Source: Antedon mediterranea
Taxonomy: Eukaryota; Animalia; Echinodermata
Assembly: GCF_964355755.1 (NCBI RefSeq)
Contig: NC_092672.1
Span: 18,613,237-18,677,236, forward strand
Length of the DNA stretch: 64,000 nt
Direction of reading: 5' to 3'
The position numbers and the translations under genes were made by a program. Each line of letters begins with the position of its first letter. Positions within the stretch are counted from its first letter, which is position 1. Positions 1 to 12,967 of this stretch are shown here, one piece after another. The notes below the pieces were generated by a model. That model made no database searches and was not told where the DNA came from. It was given only the letters and a program-made list of their open reading frames with translations.

Positions 1-109
1 CGTAATTAGAATTACTGCGCATGTCTATTCATAAAATAAATTCTCCTTAGACGGGCACGTGTACATTTACAGATAACGCGATTTACAACTACTCGCCTGT
101 ACAATATTA

Positions 110-993
110 ACTAGAAAGCCACTCCGAGAGTGCATACCTCCACCTACTATTAGTTGGGAAAGCCACTCGACAGTGTAGTTCTTTTGAACTGATCCACTTT
201 TGGTTACCTGCAGGTGCTGATAGTACTTTTGTTCTGTTTTGTTGAATGATGCCGTACCTTGTTTATGATTTTTGTATGTTACCTGGAAATTGAATAAAAT
301 AAAAAAATAAAATACTGTAAAATTCTCCTACATAAGATTTCTCCGGTAAAAAAAAAAATATATATTTTTAGTCTTAATGCTGTTTGTGATTTAGGCTAAT
401 TTCATTACAAGCATGTGTATGCGAGTTTGGTGTAATGGTTATGTAACAAGCCTTTCAATTAACAATAGCTTCAGTTGACCAACAATAGAACAGCAACGCG
501 AAAATCAAACGAGTGAATTTGAAAAGAAATAGGTTTTTTACACTACTCTCATCAAAAAACGTGCACATTAAATCAAATTATGTTTTAAAATTACAAATCA
601 CAATTTATAACTCTTGCCTCTTGTTAAAAAATGAAGTTTTTTTGCACAAGTAGTTCTCGAGAAAATGCAATTTCAGTTTACTTGTTACTTTAAGACTGCT
701 CGCCGGCTTTTGAAAAATTCTGTCCTATCTTTTAACAATAGCCGGTCTGAAAATAATATCATTTTTGTTATTTGTGAAGTTATTAATAAACCAATGTTGT
801 TGATTTTCAATAGGCATGGTCTGAAAGTATATACCTATCTACACCCAAAAATTCAGGATAACTTGAAAACTGTAGGCGCTATCGTGCTAACAAACAAACA
901 AACAAAGTGAATACTATACTTGGCAAAATTCTTTTTTGCCAAGTAACAAACAAACACACGCTACCGATTACATATACCTCCTTGGCAGAGGTA
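110..993 (-). mobile_element. HINE-like dispersed repeat with a nested related element
   Basis: The terminal hairpin tacctccttggcagaggta recurs at 18947-18965 and inverted at 7280-7302. Segment 765-950 (hairpin tacttggcaaaa..ttttgccaagta) matches 33205-33393. Confidence 0.55.
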
Positions 994-1759
994 AGCCTCC
1001 TAACGGAAAACTCGTTTTAATTTATTCGAGTGACGCGAAAAAACATCGCTGATGGCAAGTACTGTAACGCTACATCGCTGTCATTTATTATAGGCTGGCG
1101 AAAGACTGCGGCGAAGTCGTGATACATATAATAATAATAGATTGTCTTATAAATATTATTGATTACATCTTAATAATATAAACAAACAACCACATTTCAT
1201 ACATTTCTAGCCCTCTTTGAACTTCAAAGTAAGTTGTGTTATTAGCTGATTTTGGGGGTCGACTTATATTCAGGTAATACCAAAATCAACGATATTCTAG
1301 GGCAAAGTTGGGGGTCAACTTATACTTGGGGTCGACCTATTCTCCGGAAAATATGGTATACCAATATCTTTATGGCACAGTATTTGAAATGCATCAATTC
1401 TTTGGGAATTAGGCTCAATTCAAAGCTGATGAATCATACGACGCATTGATTTTTATTAAAAGTCATTTGATTCATTATTTTACAAAAATTTGAAAAATGA
1501 TCTCATTTTTTTGGCTAAAATTTCATTTTTTTATTTGAATGAATAACAAATATTTTTGTAACATATATGCTTTAATTTTTTTTCGAACAACTTTTAAAAA
1601 CTGCCCTAACTACAGTAGATATATATATATACAGTACCGTAGGAGATTACTGTACTGTACAGTACGTAAATTAATAATGCAATATTACTGTATAAAGATT
1701 CTATAGTACTGTACATGTAAATGAGATATAACGATTTAACAGTTACCGTAGGAGATTCG

Positions 1760-4225
1760 TGGGTGGGTTTTAGTAGAACCCTACCTGGCCTTTCAGCCGC
1801 TCTGGGTGGGTTTTAGTAGAACCTCTACCTGGCCTTTCAGGCGCACTGGGTGGGTTTTAGTAGAACCTCTACCTGGCCTTTCAGCCGCTCTGGGTGGGTT
1901 TTAGTAGGACCCCTACCTGGCCTTTCAGCCGCTCTGGGTGGGTTTTAGTAGGACCCCTACCTGGCCTTTTAGCCGCTCTGGGTGGGTTTTAGTAGGACCC
2001 CTACCTGGCCTTTCAGCCGCTCTGGGTGGGTTTTAGTAGAACCCCTACCTGGCCTTTCAGCCGCTCTGGGTGGGTTTTAGTAGGACCCCTACCTGGCCTT
2101 TCAGCCGCTCTGGGTGGGTTTTAGTAGGACCCCTACCTGGCCTTTCAGCCGCTCTGGGTGGGTTTTAGTAGGACCCTACCTGGCCTTTCAGCCGCTCTGG
2201 GTGGGTTTTAGTAGGACCCCTACCTGGCCTTTCAGCCGCTCTGGGTGGGTTTTAGTAGGACCCTACCTGGCCTTTCAGCCGCTCTGGGTGGGTTTTAGTA
2301 GGACCCCTACCTGGCCTTTCAGCCGCTCTGGGTGGGTTTTAGTAGGACCCCTACCTGGCCTTTCAGCCGCTCTGGGTGGGTTTTAGTAGGACCCCTACCT
2401 GGCCTTTCAGCCGCTCTGGGTGGGTTTTAGTAGGACCCCTACCTGGCCTTTCAGGCGCACTGGGTGGGTTTTAGTAGGACCCTACCTGGCCTTTCAGCCG
2501 CTCTGGGTGGGTTTTAGTAGGACCCCTACCTGGCCTTTCAGGCGCTCTGGGTGGGTTTTAGTAGGACCCCTACCTGGCCTTTCAGGCGCTCTGGGTGGGT
2601 TTTAGTAGGACCCTACCTGGCCTTTCAGGCGCTCTGGGTGGGTTTTAGTAGGACCCCTACCTGGCCTTTCAGCCGCTCTGGGTGGGTTTTAGTAGGACCC
2701 CTACCTGGCCTTTCAGCCGCTCTGGGTGGGTTTTAGTAGGACCCCTACCTGGCCTTTCAGCCGCTCTGGGTGGGTTTTAGTAGGACCCCTACCTGGCCTT
2801 TCAGCCGCTCTGGGTGGGTTTTAGTAGGACCCCTACCTGGCCTTTCAGGCGCTCTGGGTGGGTTTTAGTAGAACCCTACCTGGCCTTTCAGGCGCTCTGG
2901 GTGGGTTTTAGTAGGACCCCTACCTGGCCTTTCAGGCGCTCTGGGTGGGTTTTAGTAGAACCCTACCTGGCCTTTCAGGCGCTCTGGGTGGGTTTTAGTA
3001 GGACCCCTACCTGGCCTTTCAGCCGCTCTGGGTGGGTTTTAGTAGGACCCCTACCTGGCCTTTCAGGCGCTCTGGGTGGGTTTTAGTAGAACCCTACCTG
3101 GCCTTTCAGGCGCTCTGGGTGGGTTTTAGTAGGACCCCTACCTGGCCTTTCAGCCGCTCTGGGTGGGTTTTAGTAGAACCTCTACCTGGCCTTTCAGCCG
3201 CTCTGGGTGGGTTTTAGTAGGACCCTACCTGGCCTTTCAGCCGCTCTGGGTGGGTTTTAGTAGGACCCCTACCTGGCCTTTCAGCCGCTCTGGGTGGGTT
3301 TTAGTAGGACCCCTACCTGGCCTTTCAGCCGCTCTGGGTGGGTTTTAGTAGGACCCTACCTGGCCTTTCAGCCGCTCTGTGTGGGTTTTAGTAGGACCCC
3401 TACCTGGCCTTTCAGCCGCTCTGGGTGGGTTTTAGTAGGACCCCTACCTGGCCTTTCAGCCGCTCTGGGTGGGTTTTAGTAGGACCCCTACCTGGCCTTT
3501 CAGCCGCTCTGGGTGGGTTTTAGTAGGACCCCTACCTGGCCTTTCAGGCGCACTGGGTGGGTTTTAGTAGGACCCTACCTGGCCTTTCAGGCGCTCTGGG
3601 TGGGTTTTAGTAGGACCCCTACCTGGCCTTTCAGCCGCTCTGGGTGGGTTTTAGTAGGACCCCTACCTGGCCTTTCAGCCGCTCTGGGTGGGTTTTAGTA
3701 GGACCCCTACCTGGCCTTTCAGCCGCTCTGGGTGGGTTTTAGTAGGACCCCTACCTGGCCTTTCAGCCGCTCTGGGTGGGTTTTAGTAGGACCCTACCTG
3801 GCCTTTCAGGCGCTCTGGGTGGGTTTTAGTAGGACCCCTACCTGGCTTTTCAGGCGCTCTGGGTGGGTTTTAGTAGGACCCTACCTGGCCTTTCAGGCGC
3901 TCTGGGTGGGTTTTAGTAGAACCTCCTACCGTGCCTTTCAGCCGCTCTGGGTGGGTTTTAGTAGGACCCCTACCGGGCCTTACAGGCGCACTGGGTGGGT
4001 TTTAGTAGGACCCCTACCTGGCCTTTCAGGCGCTCTGGGTGGGTTTTAGTAGGACCCCTACCTGGCCTTTCAGGCGCTCTGGGTGGGTTTTAGTAGAACC
4101 TCCTACCGTGCCTTTCAGCCGCTCTGGGTGGGTTTTAGTAGGACCCCTACCGGGCCTTACAGGCGCACTGGGTGGGTTTTAGTAGGACCCCTACCGGGCC
4201 TTTCAGGTGCTCCAGGTGGGTTTTA
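1760..4225. repeat. 43/44-bp GC-rich minisatellite, ~56 copies
   Basis: Unit gggtgggttttagtaggacccctacctggcctttcagccgctct; ends ~80 bp before the ZMAT5 exon at 4308. Confidence 0.98.
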
Positions 4226-4307
4226 CTAAGACTTGTGTGTGTAGCCAACTATTACTAGGCCTTGGCTAGAATAGATTCACTTTCTCTCTTTTTCTATTTA
4301 TTTATAG

Positions 4308-7300
4308 ATCCTGAAACAATTCTAGTTGAGGAATCCGCAAAGAAACCCTGCAGAAAATTTCACCAAACAGGTAGGCTATTAGTAGGGATACCGAGAGTGT
4401 ATTTCATTGTCATTGACGCGATCATTTTCCAACTGGTAAACACAAAGACTTGTATTATAAGACTTTGTTTATGTAGAGCATCTTGTGTATATTTGTCTTG
4501 TGAAAGGGATTGCCACCTTAAAGAAGGATAGTGATTTCGCTTATGGTTATCCTTGGCAATTTGGCTAAAATATAAAAAAACAAAACATTTTTATTTTTTT
4601 ATTCTGAAAATAATTAAACCGTGAACATAATTTTTTTGAGTGTTTGTTTACATTTATTTTTTATTTTTATTTTATGTCTTTAGGCAATGTGGCCAAGGAT
4701 AACCAATTAGTGAATTAATCACTGTCCTATCAGATAGGTGGTAATCCCCCTGATTTACATATCATTCCATCAGTGTTTGTTTACATTTACATATCATTCC
4801 ATCAGTGTTTGTTTACATTTACATATCATTCCATCAGTGTTTGTTTACATTTACATATTATTCCATCAGTGTTTGTTTACATTTACATATCATTCCATCA
4901 GTGTTTGTTTACAATTACATATCATTCCATCAGTGTTTGTTTACATTTACACATCATTCCATCAGTGTTTGTTTACATTTACATATCATTCCATCAGTGT
5001 TTGTTTACATTTACATATCATTCCATCAGTATTTGTTTACATTTACATATTCCATCAGTGTTTGTTTACATTTACATATCATTCCATCAGTGTTTGTTTA
5101 CGTTTACATATCATTCCATCAGTGTTTATTTACATTTACATATCATTCCATCAGTGTTTGTTTACATTTACATATCATTCCATCAGTGTTTGTTTACATT
5201 TACATATCATTCCATCAGATCAAATATTTTATATTTCCATTTACATCGAACCAAACATGTAACAAATGCATGGTTAATATTTACATACAGTATAGTGCGT
5301 ACAGTCGTACACGCTAGATTGTTTACTCAAAAACCTTTGAACAATCCAGTGACCTAACCCTATTCAACCTTGCTTTTGTAGTTGAGCCTCTCATGACCTG
5401 AGATTTGTTTCTCTTCCTACGCGAAGATAATAGTTCCACTGTCCACATGCCATGTGATTTTTTTTCAGAGAAATATTTATTATAAGTGCCAAAAAATATG
5501 AGGCCTTTCTTATTCACATTTTGTAGAGAAAAAGCACACATACCATAAAGAATATCCATTTATTGTTAAATGATTTAGGTTCTGGATATTTGATTGGTTG
5601 GACGCGAATCATTCACGGCGGAAGGTTTTCTCTCGTGTGTACTGATCGTTATTACACAAATTTAGAGCAATGAATTTGTCATAATGAAATAAACAACTTT
5701 ACAGGTACATATTTTATAAACATTTAATAATATGTACATTTTATTGATATTTCCAATGTTGATATGTATAAAATAAATATGAAATATAATAAATGTTAAA
5801 AAATGTAATTGTCGTCTGAGGACGCATTTGTTTATATGTCATAGTTCATGACTAAAAACGATCATTTTAGACGATGTTTTAGATCCTATATTTCGAAAAC
5901 TCAGATTTTTGTAATTCTTTCTTTAGCCGGCGCTATTGCAGTTTCGCACCTAAAAGAGAGACTTAATATACCATCACCGAAGCGCAGCAGGTGAATGCCC
6001 CAACCCCCCTTTTGTAATTATATATATATTATGCAGCCATTTTACATACAATTTTATCAACGATTTTACTGGAAAAGGGGGTACAAATCAACATAAAAAA
6101 TTGTTAAAATCTTCAATTTTGTTTACTTTGTTACGATCGTTAAAACTGACCAATCAAATGGTTCATAAATTACGTCATTATAGTTTGTGAAAAAATACGT
6201 ATGCGCTGAAAATTCTTAAATTTTTACAACTCGAGAATGTTTTTCACCTTTTTTGTACTCTTTTAAAGTCTGATATTTCAAATAACAAGTGTTAAGTAAA
6301 ACTAAATTACAATATAAAAACAATTTAATTTAATGTTTGTCTTTAGTGTAAAGCCTAATGTAAGATATCAGTGAAAGCATGTCCTAGACTGGGTTGAAGC
6401 ATAACAAATCTGTCAATTTTCATGCGTGGCGGCCTTGGTTTTGTAATACTTCACATCCCAAGAGAACCAAGAAACTATGAACGATCGCGTCAAAATGTAT
6501 AAATATTCGCGGTCTGGCTCTTTAACGATTTGAAAGTTTAACGCAACTAGTCGTAACGTTTCGTTAACCGGAAAACATGCTTTAGGCTATTGGCGTTTCG
6601 TTTCGTATATTAAATATGGTCTATAAAACCGACTATATTCAGATAATTATATGACAAGAATCGACTGGTCAAATTGCCTCAGATACTATCTCTGTGCGCC
6701 CTCTTTATCGAAATCATATATCCGCCCCTGGATTGTGGTCGGAAAGTGCTGTAGCACCGGGCCGCCTAGTTTAAAATGGGGTGAGCGTTTATTCCAAATA
6801 ATAATCTATGGGGAGGGGGGATTTTATTCAAAGCGGGTGTTTATTTGTATAAATACTCTAATTTCAATAATGATAATTCGTTTCTCAACTGATACATGAA
6901 TAATTGGTTTTCCTCTTTATGTTTTTGTAACGAAATGTTTCTGTCTTTGTTTGAATAAAAGTAACACTGTCACATGTTCCATTAATGAATCCTCTCCAGG
7001 TGCTGCCAGTATAATGATCAAAAACAATGACATATCATTATCCTGAGAGACAATTGCACTTCCTCCAATTTTTCATATGGATCTTCATTCTATCATCTGC
7101 TTGTCAACAATCAACACTGTCTTTTGCATATTTTTGAATGCCAATACATAGTTTCATTACAATACTATTGTACAATTTATTTCCAGCTTTCCTGAAAACA
7201 CTGTTGTGTACTGTAGTGTGTTGTATGATTTTATCGTGACTTATAACATGATTTTAAAATACGCTTCTGATGCTTTTATTTACCTCCGTCAAGAAGGTAT

Positions 7301-10300
7301 AGTCGATCTTGTGTGTGTGTGTGTCTGTTTGTTTGTTAGCAGGATTACTCAAAAAGTTATTGCAAGATCTTTACCAAAATAAAAATATAGATAGATATGT
7401 GGTCAAGAACCATCACGGTCCCAACTTAGTATTATTTTCAGACATGCTACTCTAGTGTTAAAAGATAGGAGACAACTTTGTATTTGTTCATAACCCTTGA
7501 CCCTGACCCTTTTACCTTTGTAACATTTTTCAAAATGTGTAACAAATAACAAAATGTATATTTCGAACAGTATTTATGGAGATACATACATGTCCTGGTT
7601 TGTGGATCAAAGGTCAGAAATGGTATTTCCGGTCATTTTAAAAAAATGTCCCATTAGACTGATGGTATGTTCAGATTCACAGCGTTAAGGTGACGTTATC
7701 TGTAAGCGGCGTACATATTTTGTGTCTGAACTAGGCCGCAGATTAGTGTTGGGAGCTGTTACGAACGCCGTGCCAGTCGCATTAATAACTCTAGCAGGAG
7801 AGGGTAGACTTAATAACGCTAATCCAGTGATGCATCAGTGATTTCAACCTTAACCAATGAAAAGACACGACCACGATTAGCAATAGCAGACAACTACATA
7901 TAATACCTGTACCCTAGTATACTACAGCAAAATAGATTTTTAAAGAACAGTTAGTTAGCGTCAGTGATATATTTTTATAAATCAATTAATATAATTGTCT
8001 GTGTAATAATTATGTTTTAAATTATTTTGAATTACCGTAAAATGCAATTCTACAAGTAATCAGTATAGTTAAAGGTAACATTATATAAATAACAAAAAAA
8101 CAATTTCACAATATAAACTTTCATTTCATGCATTGTCATGAATGTATACATATAGTTCTATCTGCTTTGACCGGATCAGAGTGTTTTAAACGCAAGGCAT
8201 TGGAATATTGATCGTTGTGTCTGAACACCTTGGCATTTAACGCCATGCGTTGATAATGCTGCTACCTTAACGCCTTGAGTCTGAACATACCCTGAGTATA
8301 CTTTCCGATCAATTTGAGATCAAAATTACCTCGCTGTGACCAGTGGTTGTGGAGATTTAAGGACCTATTGGTGTTTAGTCTTAATAATAACCTATTCTTC
8401 ACATTTTCAAAATGTGTAACCAGTCAAGTCAAATTCTCTGGACTTCAAGGTGCATACAAGAATTTATCTAGCTACTAGAGTACAAGTAAAACTAGCTAAT
8501 TTGACAATCCCAGTTAAAATAAGATAAAACATAACACTTAACCATAATTTCTGTAAATAAAATAATTAAACAATGGATAATTTTGAAGCTTTTGATACTC
8601 CTCACCATCTCTTCATTCATCTCCAATCAAGTTCCTGTTCTTTTGTTCTTTTCTTGTTTTCTACATTTGCCCTTGATTTAATATCACATTGTTTGTTTGT
8701 TTTATTAATAGTTACAATACAGTACATAAATTATTAATATGCTTTTTCTTTTGTCTAATAAAGCATATCATCAGTGGTTATTTTTGTAATCTTGATAAAT
8801 ACATATTGGCAGTCAAAATATTTTTTTTCAACAGGTCACTGTGAATTTCATCCTAATTGTAGATTTTCCCACTTAAATGAAGAAAGATTAAATGACCTAC
8901 AAAGACGTAAGTATTTGAGGATTTGTATTATTTTTATTGTGGTAATAATATAGAACTAGATTTAATTCGTCACCATGATGAATTATAGGTTATATGCATT
9001 GATGTAATAAACAAAGATAATTGATTTGTTAAAAAATATATTGATTTTGTAATATTTAATTATTTATAATACTGTATATGAAAGATAGGATCTTGGTAGC
9101 GCAAATACAATAGCCGGTATCACTTCACATAAAATCACTTGAATAAGAACAACCTGATCAAAGATCCCTCCGTTAAGTTTCTCTAGATTTCATTATAAAT
9201 CAGGCATGTACTGTAATTAATGTATACATTAAAAAATAAAATTTAACAAACAATACACTTTTTTTTTTAAATCGGCTTTCGTTTTGTTTCCCAAGGTGAG
9301 ACTCGATCTTGGTACCTCGAGTGCTACTGACCACTGAGCCATAGATACATTCCTCCGTGTATGCAGTAACCATTCTGGTGCTGATAGATTATTACATACC
9401 GCAATGAATTATAATGTTTTACTATGATGACATCTTTAAAAATGTAAAAAAAAAAGGATGCGCTGTCATACTATATACTTTTAACTTTAATATATGAACA
9501 TTTTAAGGAAGAAAGTTAATGTTAAGTTTGTTATTTCGGCCTAAGATTGTCAAAATTAATTTTTTATAAATTTAATATGCAATTAATGATGACTTTATAA
9601 TCAACTTTTTTTTCTCTTAATTTCATAATAAATCATACATATTGTACATACACTTTAAGAAAATGAAATGCAGAATAGGGTTTCCCGAGCATTTCGACGA
9701 TCTATATTTATTTTAAAATTTAGCATATTTTTACCATTTTGTTAACTTACCCTTACACATGCGTAGCCTGTCACTTACCCTTACACATGCGTAGCCTGTC
9801 ACTTACCCTTACACATGCGTAGCCTGTCACTTTTATAGTGCTCGTATAATTTTGAGTTGAAAATTGAATCAAATGTGATGATATTAAAGAAAGGTTGTAA
9901 AACAGAAATCGGGCAAGAAGAGTGTGCATCAACATATAATGCGCGGTGCGCATGCAAAAATCTGTGCACTCATGGCATTTTTGTTTGCAAATTGCCTGAA
10001 ACATACTCTAATTTCATCAAAAATAAATTTTGACAGTTTAAAAAATTGTAAGCGCGCGTACGCATGCGTTATACACGCTACACACTGCCATATGATGAAA
10101 TATGACCTGAAATTTATGAGTACCAAATTTGGTTTAATTATATGATTCATGCTTGTGAAGATATGTTTACAAACGTGATTTCGTTAAATTGCACGCAGAC
10201 CGCGTAATTTTTTATTGCGTACCGTGAAAATATAACCACATCGATTACAGGCCATAAGAAATATACTCAGAAAAATTAACTTAGCTAGATGAAACTGATA

Positions 10301-10828
10301 TCAAGATAATTGACGGAAAAAATAGTGCTAAGGAAAGAATAAATAAATTAAGATTCTGACAAAATCAATATATGATAATGCATATAGCCTAAAAACTATA
10401 TTAATTTAAATTGTCATTTCCAAACAAAAGCAATATAAAAACACACCACAATTATCATTTTAACATTTTGGCGTTCACATTTTGAATGGTAAATCTTGCT
10501 TTCTACAACAGAAATTCATGAAAAACGAAATCAAGAAGAAGCAAAGAAAAAACTGATCAAGGAGACCAAACGTAAAGTAGACTGTGATGAACTGAATATT
10601 GACCAGTGGTTAGCAAAACGAACAAAAGTGAAAGGAGAGAATGAACAAACCTCTGTAACAGAAAAAAATGAAGAAACTGAGACTGCTATTGTTAACAAAA
10701 TTAAAGAAAAACTGAAAGCCAATTGGTCACTTCCTCCCTCATTACAAGCAGTGATATCACTACCACCATCTGTGATACCACCAACATTGGAGGATGTTTT
10801 GAGCTCTGGAGAAGTACAGTGGGGATGA
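4308..10828 (+). CDS. ZMAT5: Zinc finger matrin-type 5 (U11/U12 snRNP 20 kDa protein); last three coding exons, first coding exon upstream of the window
   Basis: Exons 4308-4370, 8835-8906 and 10512-10828 have GT-AG boundaries and matching phase 1/1. Joined translation: DPETILVEESAKKPCRKFHQTGHCEFHPNCRFSHLNEERLNDLQRQIHEK...IDQWLAKRTK...LPPSV..VQWG*. The C-x8-C-x5-C-x3-H finger and the LPPS..VQWG end match ZMAT5 as I recall it. AATAAA at 10877-10882. Confidence 0.93.
4525..4728. mobile_element. Short decayed foldback/MITE
   Basis: Imperfect inverted arms aggatagtgat..tggttatccttggc and gccaaggataacca..atcactgtcct. Confidence 0.6.
4754..5218. repeat. 32-bp minisatellite, ~14.5 copies
   Basis: Unit tttacatatcattccatcagtgtttgtttaca. 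Confidence 0.97.
7663..8292. mobile_element. PIF/Harbinger (Tourist-like) MITE in a ZMAT5 intron
   Basis: TIRs ggtatgttcagattcacagcgttaaggt / accttaacgccttgagtctgaacatacc. 3-bp TSD tga at 7660-7662 and 8293-8295. Confidence 0.8.
8955..10394 (-). mobile_element. Dispersed repeat (probably HINE-like) sharing its interior with 56720-57170; includes a 28-bp triplication at 9746-9830
   Basis: acacatgcgtagcctgtcactttt, gaaatcgggcaa, tttatgagtaccaaattt and aaacgtgatttcgttaaat are reverse complements of segments in 56790-57165. Outer limits are approximate. Confidence 0.6.
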
Positions 10829-11929
10829 GATTTGCAAGCAAATGTTTTGTGGTAAATGTAGTACCATATTTATTTTAATAAAGGCCTCCCTCCCTGCTTC
10901 TTCATATCTAGGGTGTATTTATTTGATTATACATGATACCATATTACACTAAAAAATTTGAATAAACACCTTTTTAGAAAAAAGTAAAATACTAATTGAA
11001 TTTCTATTAAAGCTCGACCACTAAAGTATACTTGCCAATAAATCATCTTTTTCTGTAACATGGGGACAGCTTTGCTATTATTTACCAGACTTTGCAGACA
11101 GGTGGTAATTTCCAATTTCTGGTTTCTGCCTTAAATGTCGCTCTGATTTTCCTCTTTGATACAAATATTTAAATCTAATACTAAATATAATAATACGTAT
11201 TGTTATATTTACAATACAGGTTTATTTATAAGAATTTAAAAAAATTAATGAATGAAAATCGACCAAAAAAATGTGTAAATAAAGTCTGAGTCGGAGCAGA
11301 TGATAAAGGCCTTAAGCTTAGATATTTAGAAATTGCTGATTTAACATGTTTAGGGAGTTGGTTCCAAAGAAATGGAGCAGCAAAAATAATGACTGGTTAC
11401 CCCAAAGACTTTGAAGTCGGTGGTATGGTGAATATACATCTATTTGTGATGATTGCAGATCGCAAACAAATTGATATACGGATTATGGAATGAAGTATTT
11501 TAAAAACAATCCTCTTAGGAATTTGGAGCCAACATCTTTTAAAATGGGTTTTATGTGTTTTGGGTCTTGTGAAAATGACCATCCTCAAAGCTGGATCGCT
11601 TGATTTGGTTCTTCGGTAGACTGGAAAGAGGAGAGAATTAGTTGTTTTGTAGCACATTCTTCAGGTACATCCTGATAAGAGAGAAATAAAAGATGATTTA
11701 GAAACGTGATGAACATGGTAACAAGAAATATGTGTGCATATGTAGAGTGCGTATGATTCTGGTGCCTAGATCCAAGTATGTTGAATTATGTTTTGTCATC
11801 ATTTAACTTTATAAAGTTGAAGAACACGATTTCAGATGCCGTTCAATGCAAAATAAGTGTTTTCAAAGGGATCAAAGCAATATATTCGTGTGGTAATTTG
11901 CATACGTGATAAGTGATATAGGCCTACAT

Positions 11930-12912
11930 TCTAGTGTAGGTCGATGTGTTTAAAGCAAACTTTGACTGTATCTCATCGTACATCGAAAGTCCAAATGGTA
12001 CGCACGCATATACATATCTGGGAAAAAACTGATTTCCCCGACAGAAAATGGTGTACGCTTGCGGACGCATTCCCCTCCAAATAAATGGCCTGATATTTTT
12101 AAAGTATAAGTGTAATTTTTGAAGACCTATAGCTCTAGTTTTCAAAATTTTCTAAGCTCAGCCCCAATTATAGATCTGGTCATGGATACTTATACATTTC
12201 GAAGAACAATACAGTCAGTGCATTATCATTTTTTTTTATATCTCAGTCCCAGCCATTAGGACTGGTTCTGGAGACTTACCGGTATATATTTTGTTTCAAA
12301 GTATAATAAGTCCAATTTCCGGAACCTAGCAACTCTATTTTTCAAAATGTTCTTCGCTCCACCCCAACCATGTTGGGCTCATGGTCGCGATATTTCTTTT
12401 CGTACATAAGTTGGGGACCCCTCGTGAAACGTCACAAAATACACATGAATATTCATTAGCCATATCCATAAGGTGTAACGTAAGAATTAAGCTAACTACA
12501 ATTCGCTAGTGCAAACGATTTCTGTCGAGCCGTCTGTGTAGTCGAGTGGATAAGATTATGGACATTACATGTCGATGTATGGGGTTCGATTCCCATGAGC
12601 AACTTCTTTTACTTTATAGTGAGAGAGAAATTATTAAGAGGGTTAGGTTTAGTTATATTTAGGAAGTAGTTCGGCTATCTTTCACACGGGGTCCCCAACT
12701 TATGTACGAAAAAAGAAATCGCGGGCTGGTCCTGTAGACCTAGAATTTCGTTTCATTTTACAATGTTTTGCAGGGATCTAGAAGCACTATTTTCCACAAT
12801 TTTCTTAGCTCCACTCAACCATCCATGGCGGGCTGGTCCTGTAGACTTATTTCGTTTCTGCCCTTGGCGTCCCCTATGGCCCCAGCCGAGTGATGCTCGC
12901 TTCACTCGCAAA
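11930..12912 (+). mobile_element. Older relative of the 51902-53503 hAT-type family, interrupted by a MITE and abutting the LINE tail
   Basis: 11983-12130 resembles 52873-53040 (gtcca.atggtacgcacgcata...tttccccgac.gaaaa.ggt.tacgcttgcg). 12877-12910 resembles 53417-53445 (ccccagcc.agtgatgctcgcttc.ctcgca). Confidence 0.7.
12386..12723. mobile_element. MITE with ~44-bp TIRs and an internal tRNA-like cassette
   Basis: cgcgatatttcttttcgtacataagttggggacccctcgtgaaa pairs with tttcacacggggtccccaacttatgtacgaaaaaagaaatcgcg. Internal A-box-like tagtcgagtgg (~12539) and B box ggttcgattcc (~12583). Confidence 0.8.
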
Positions 12913-12914
12913 GA

Positions 12915-12934
12915 TTTTTTATTTTTATTTTTTT

Positions 12935-12967
<33 letters not shown>

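Noticed and set aside
2114-4049. Repetitive ORFs (MGFSRTPTWPF...)
   Set aside because: They are translations of the 43/44-bp satellite starting at GTG, with no evidence of coding function.
4738-5357. Three overlapping 170-194 aa ORFs
   Set aside because: The 32-bp unit lacks stops in all three frames, so this is a repeat artefact.
4371-10511. U12-type introns in ZMAT5 (also checked in GIT)
   Set aside because: All donors seen are U2-type (gtaggc, gtaagt, gtatgt etc.); none is GTATCCT or ATATCCT.
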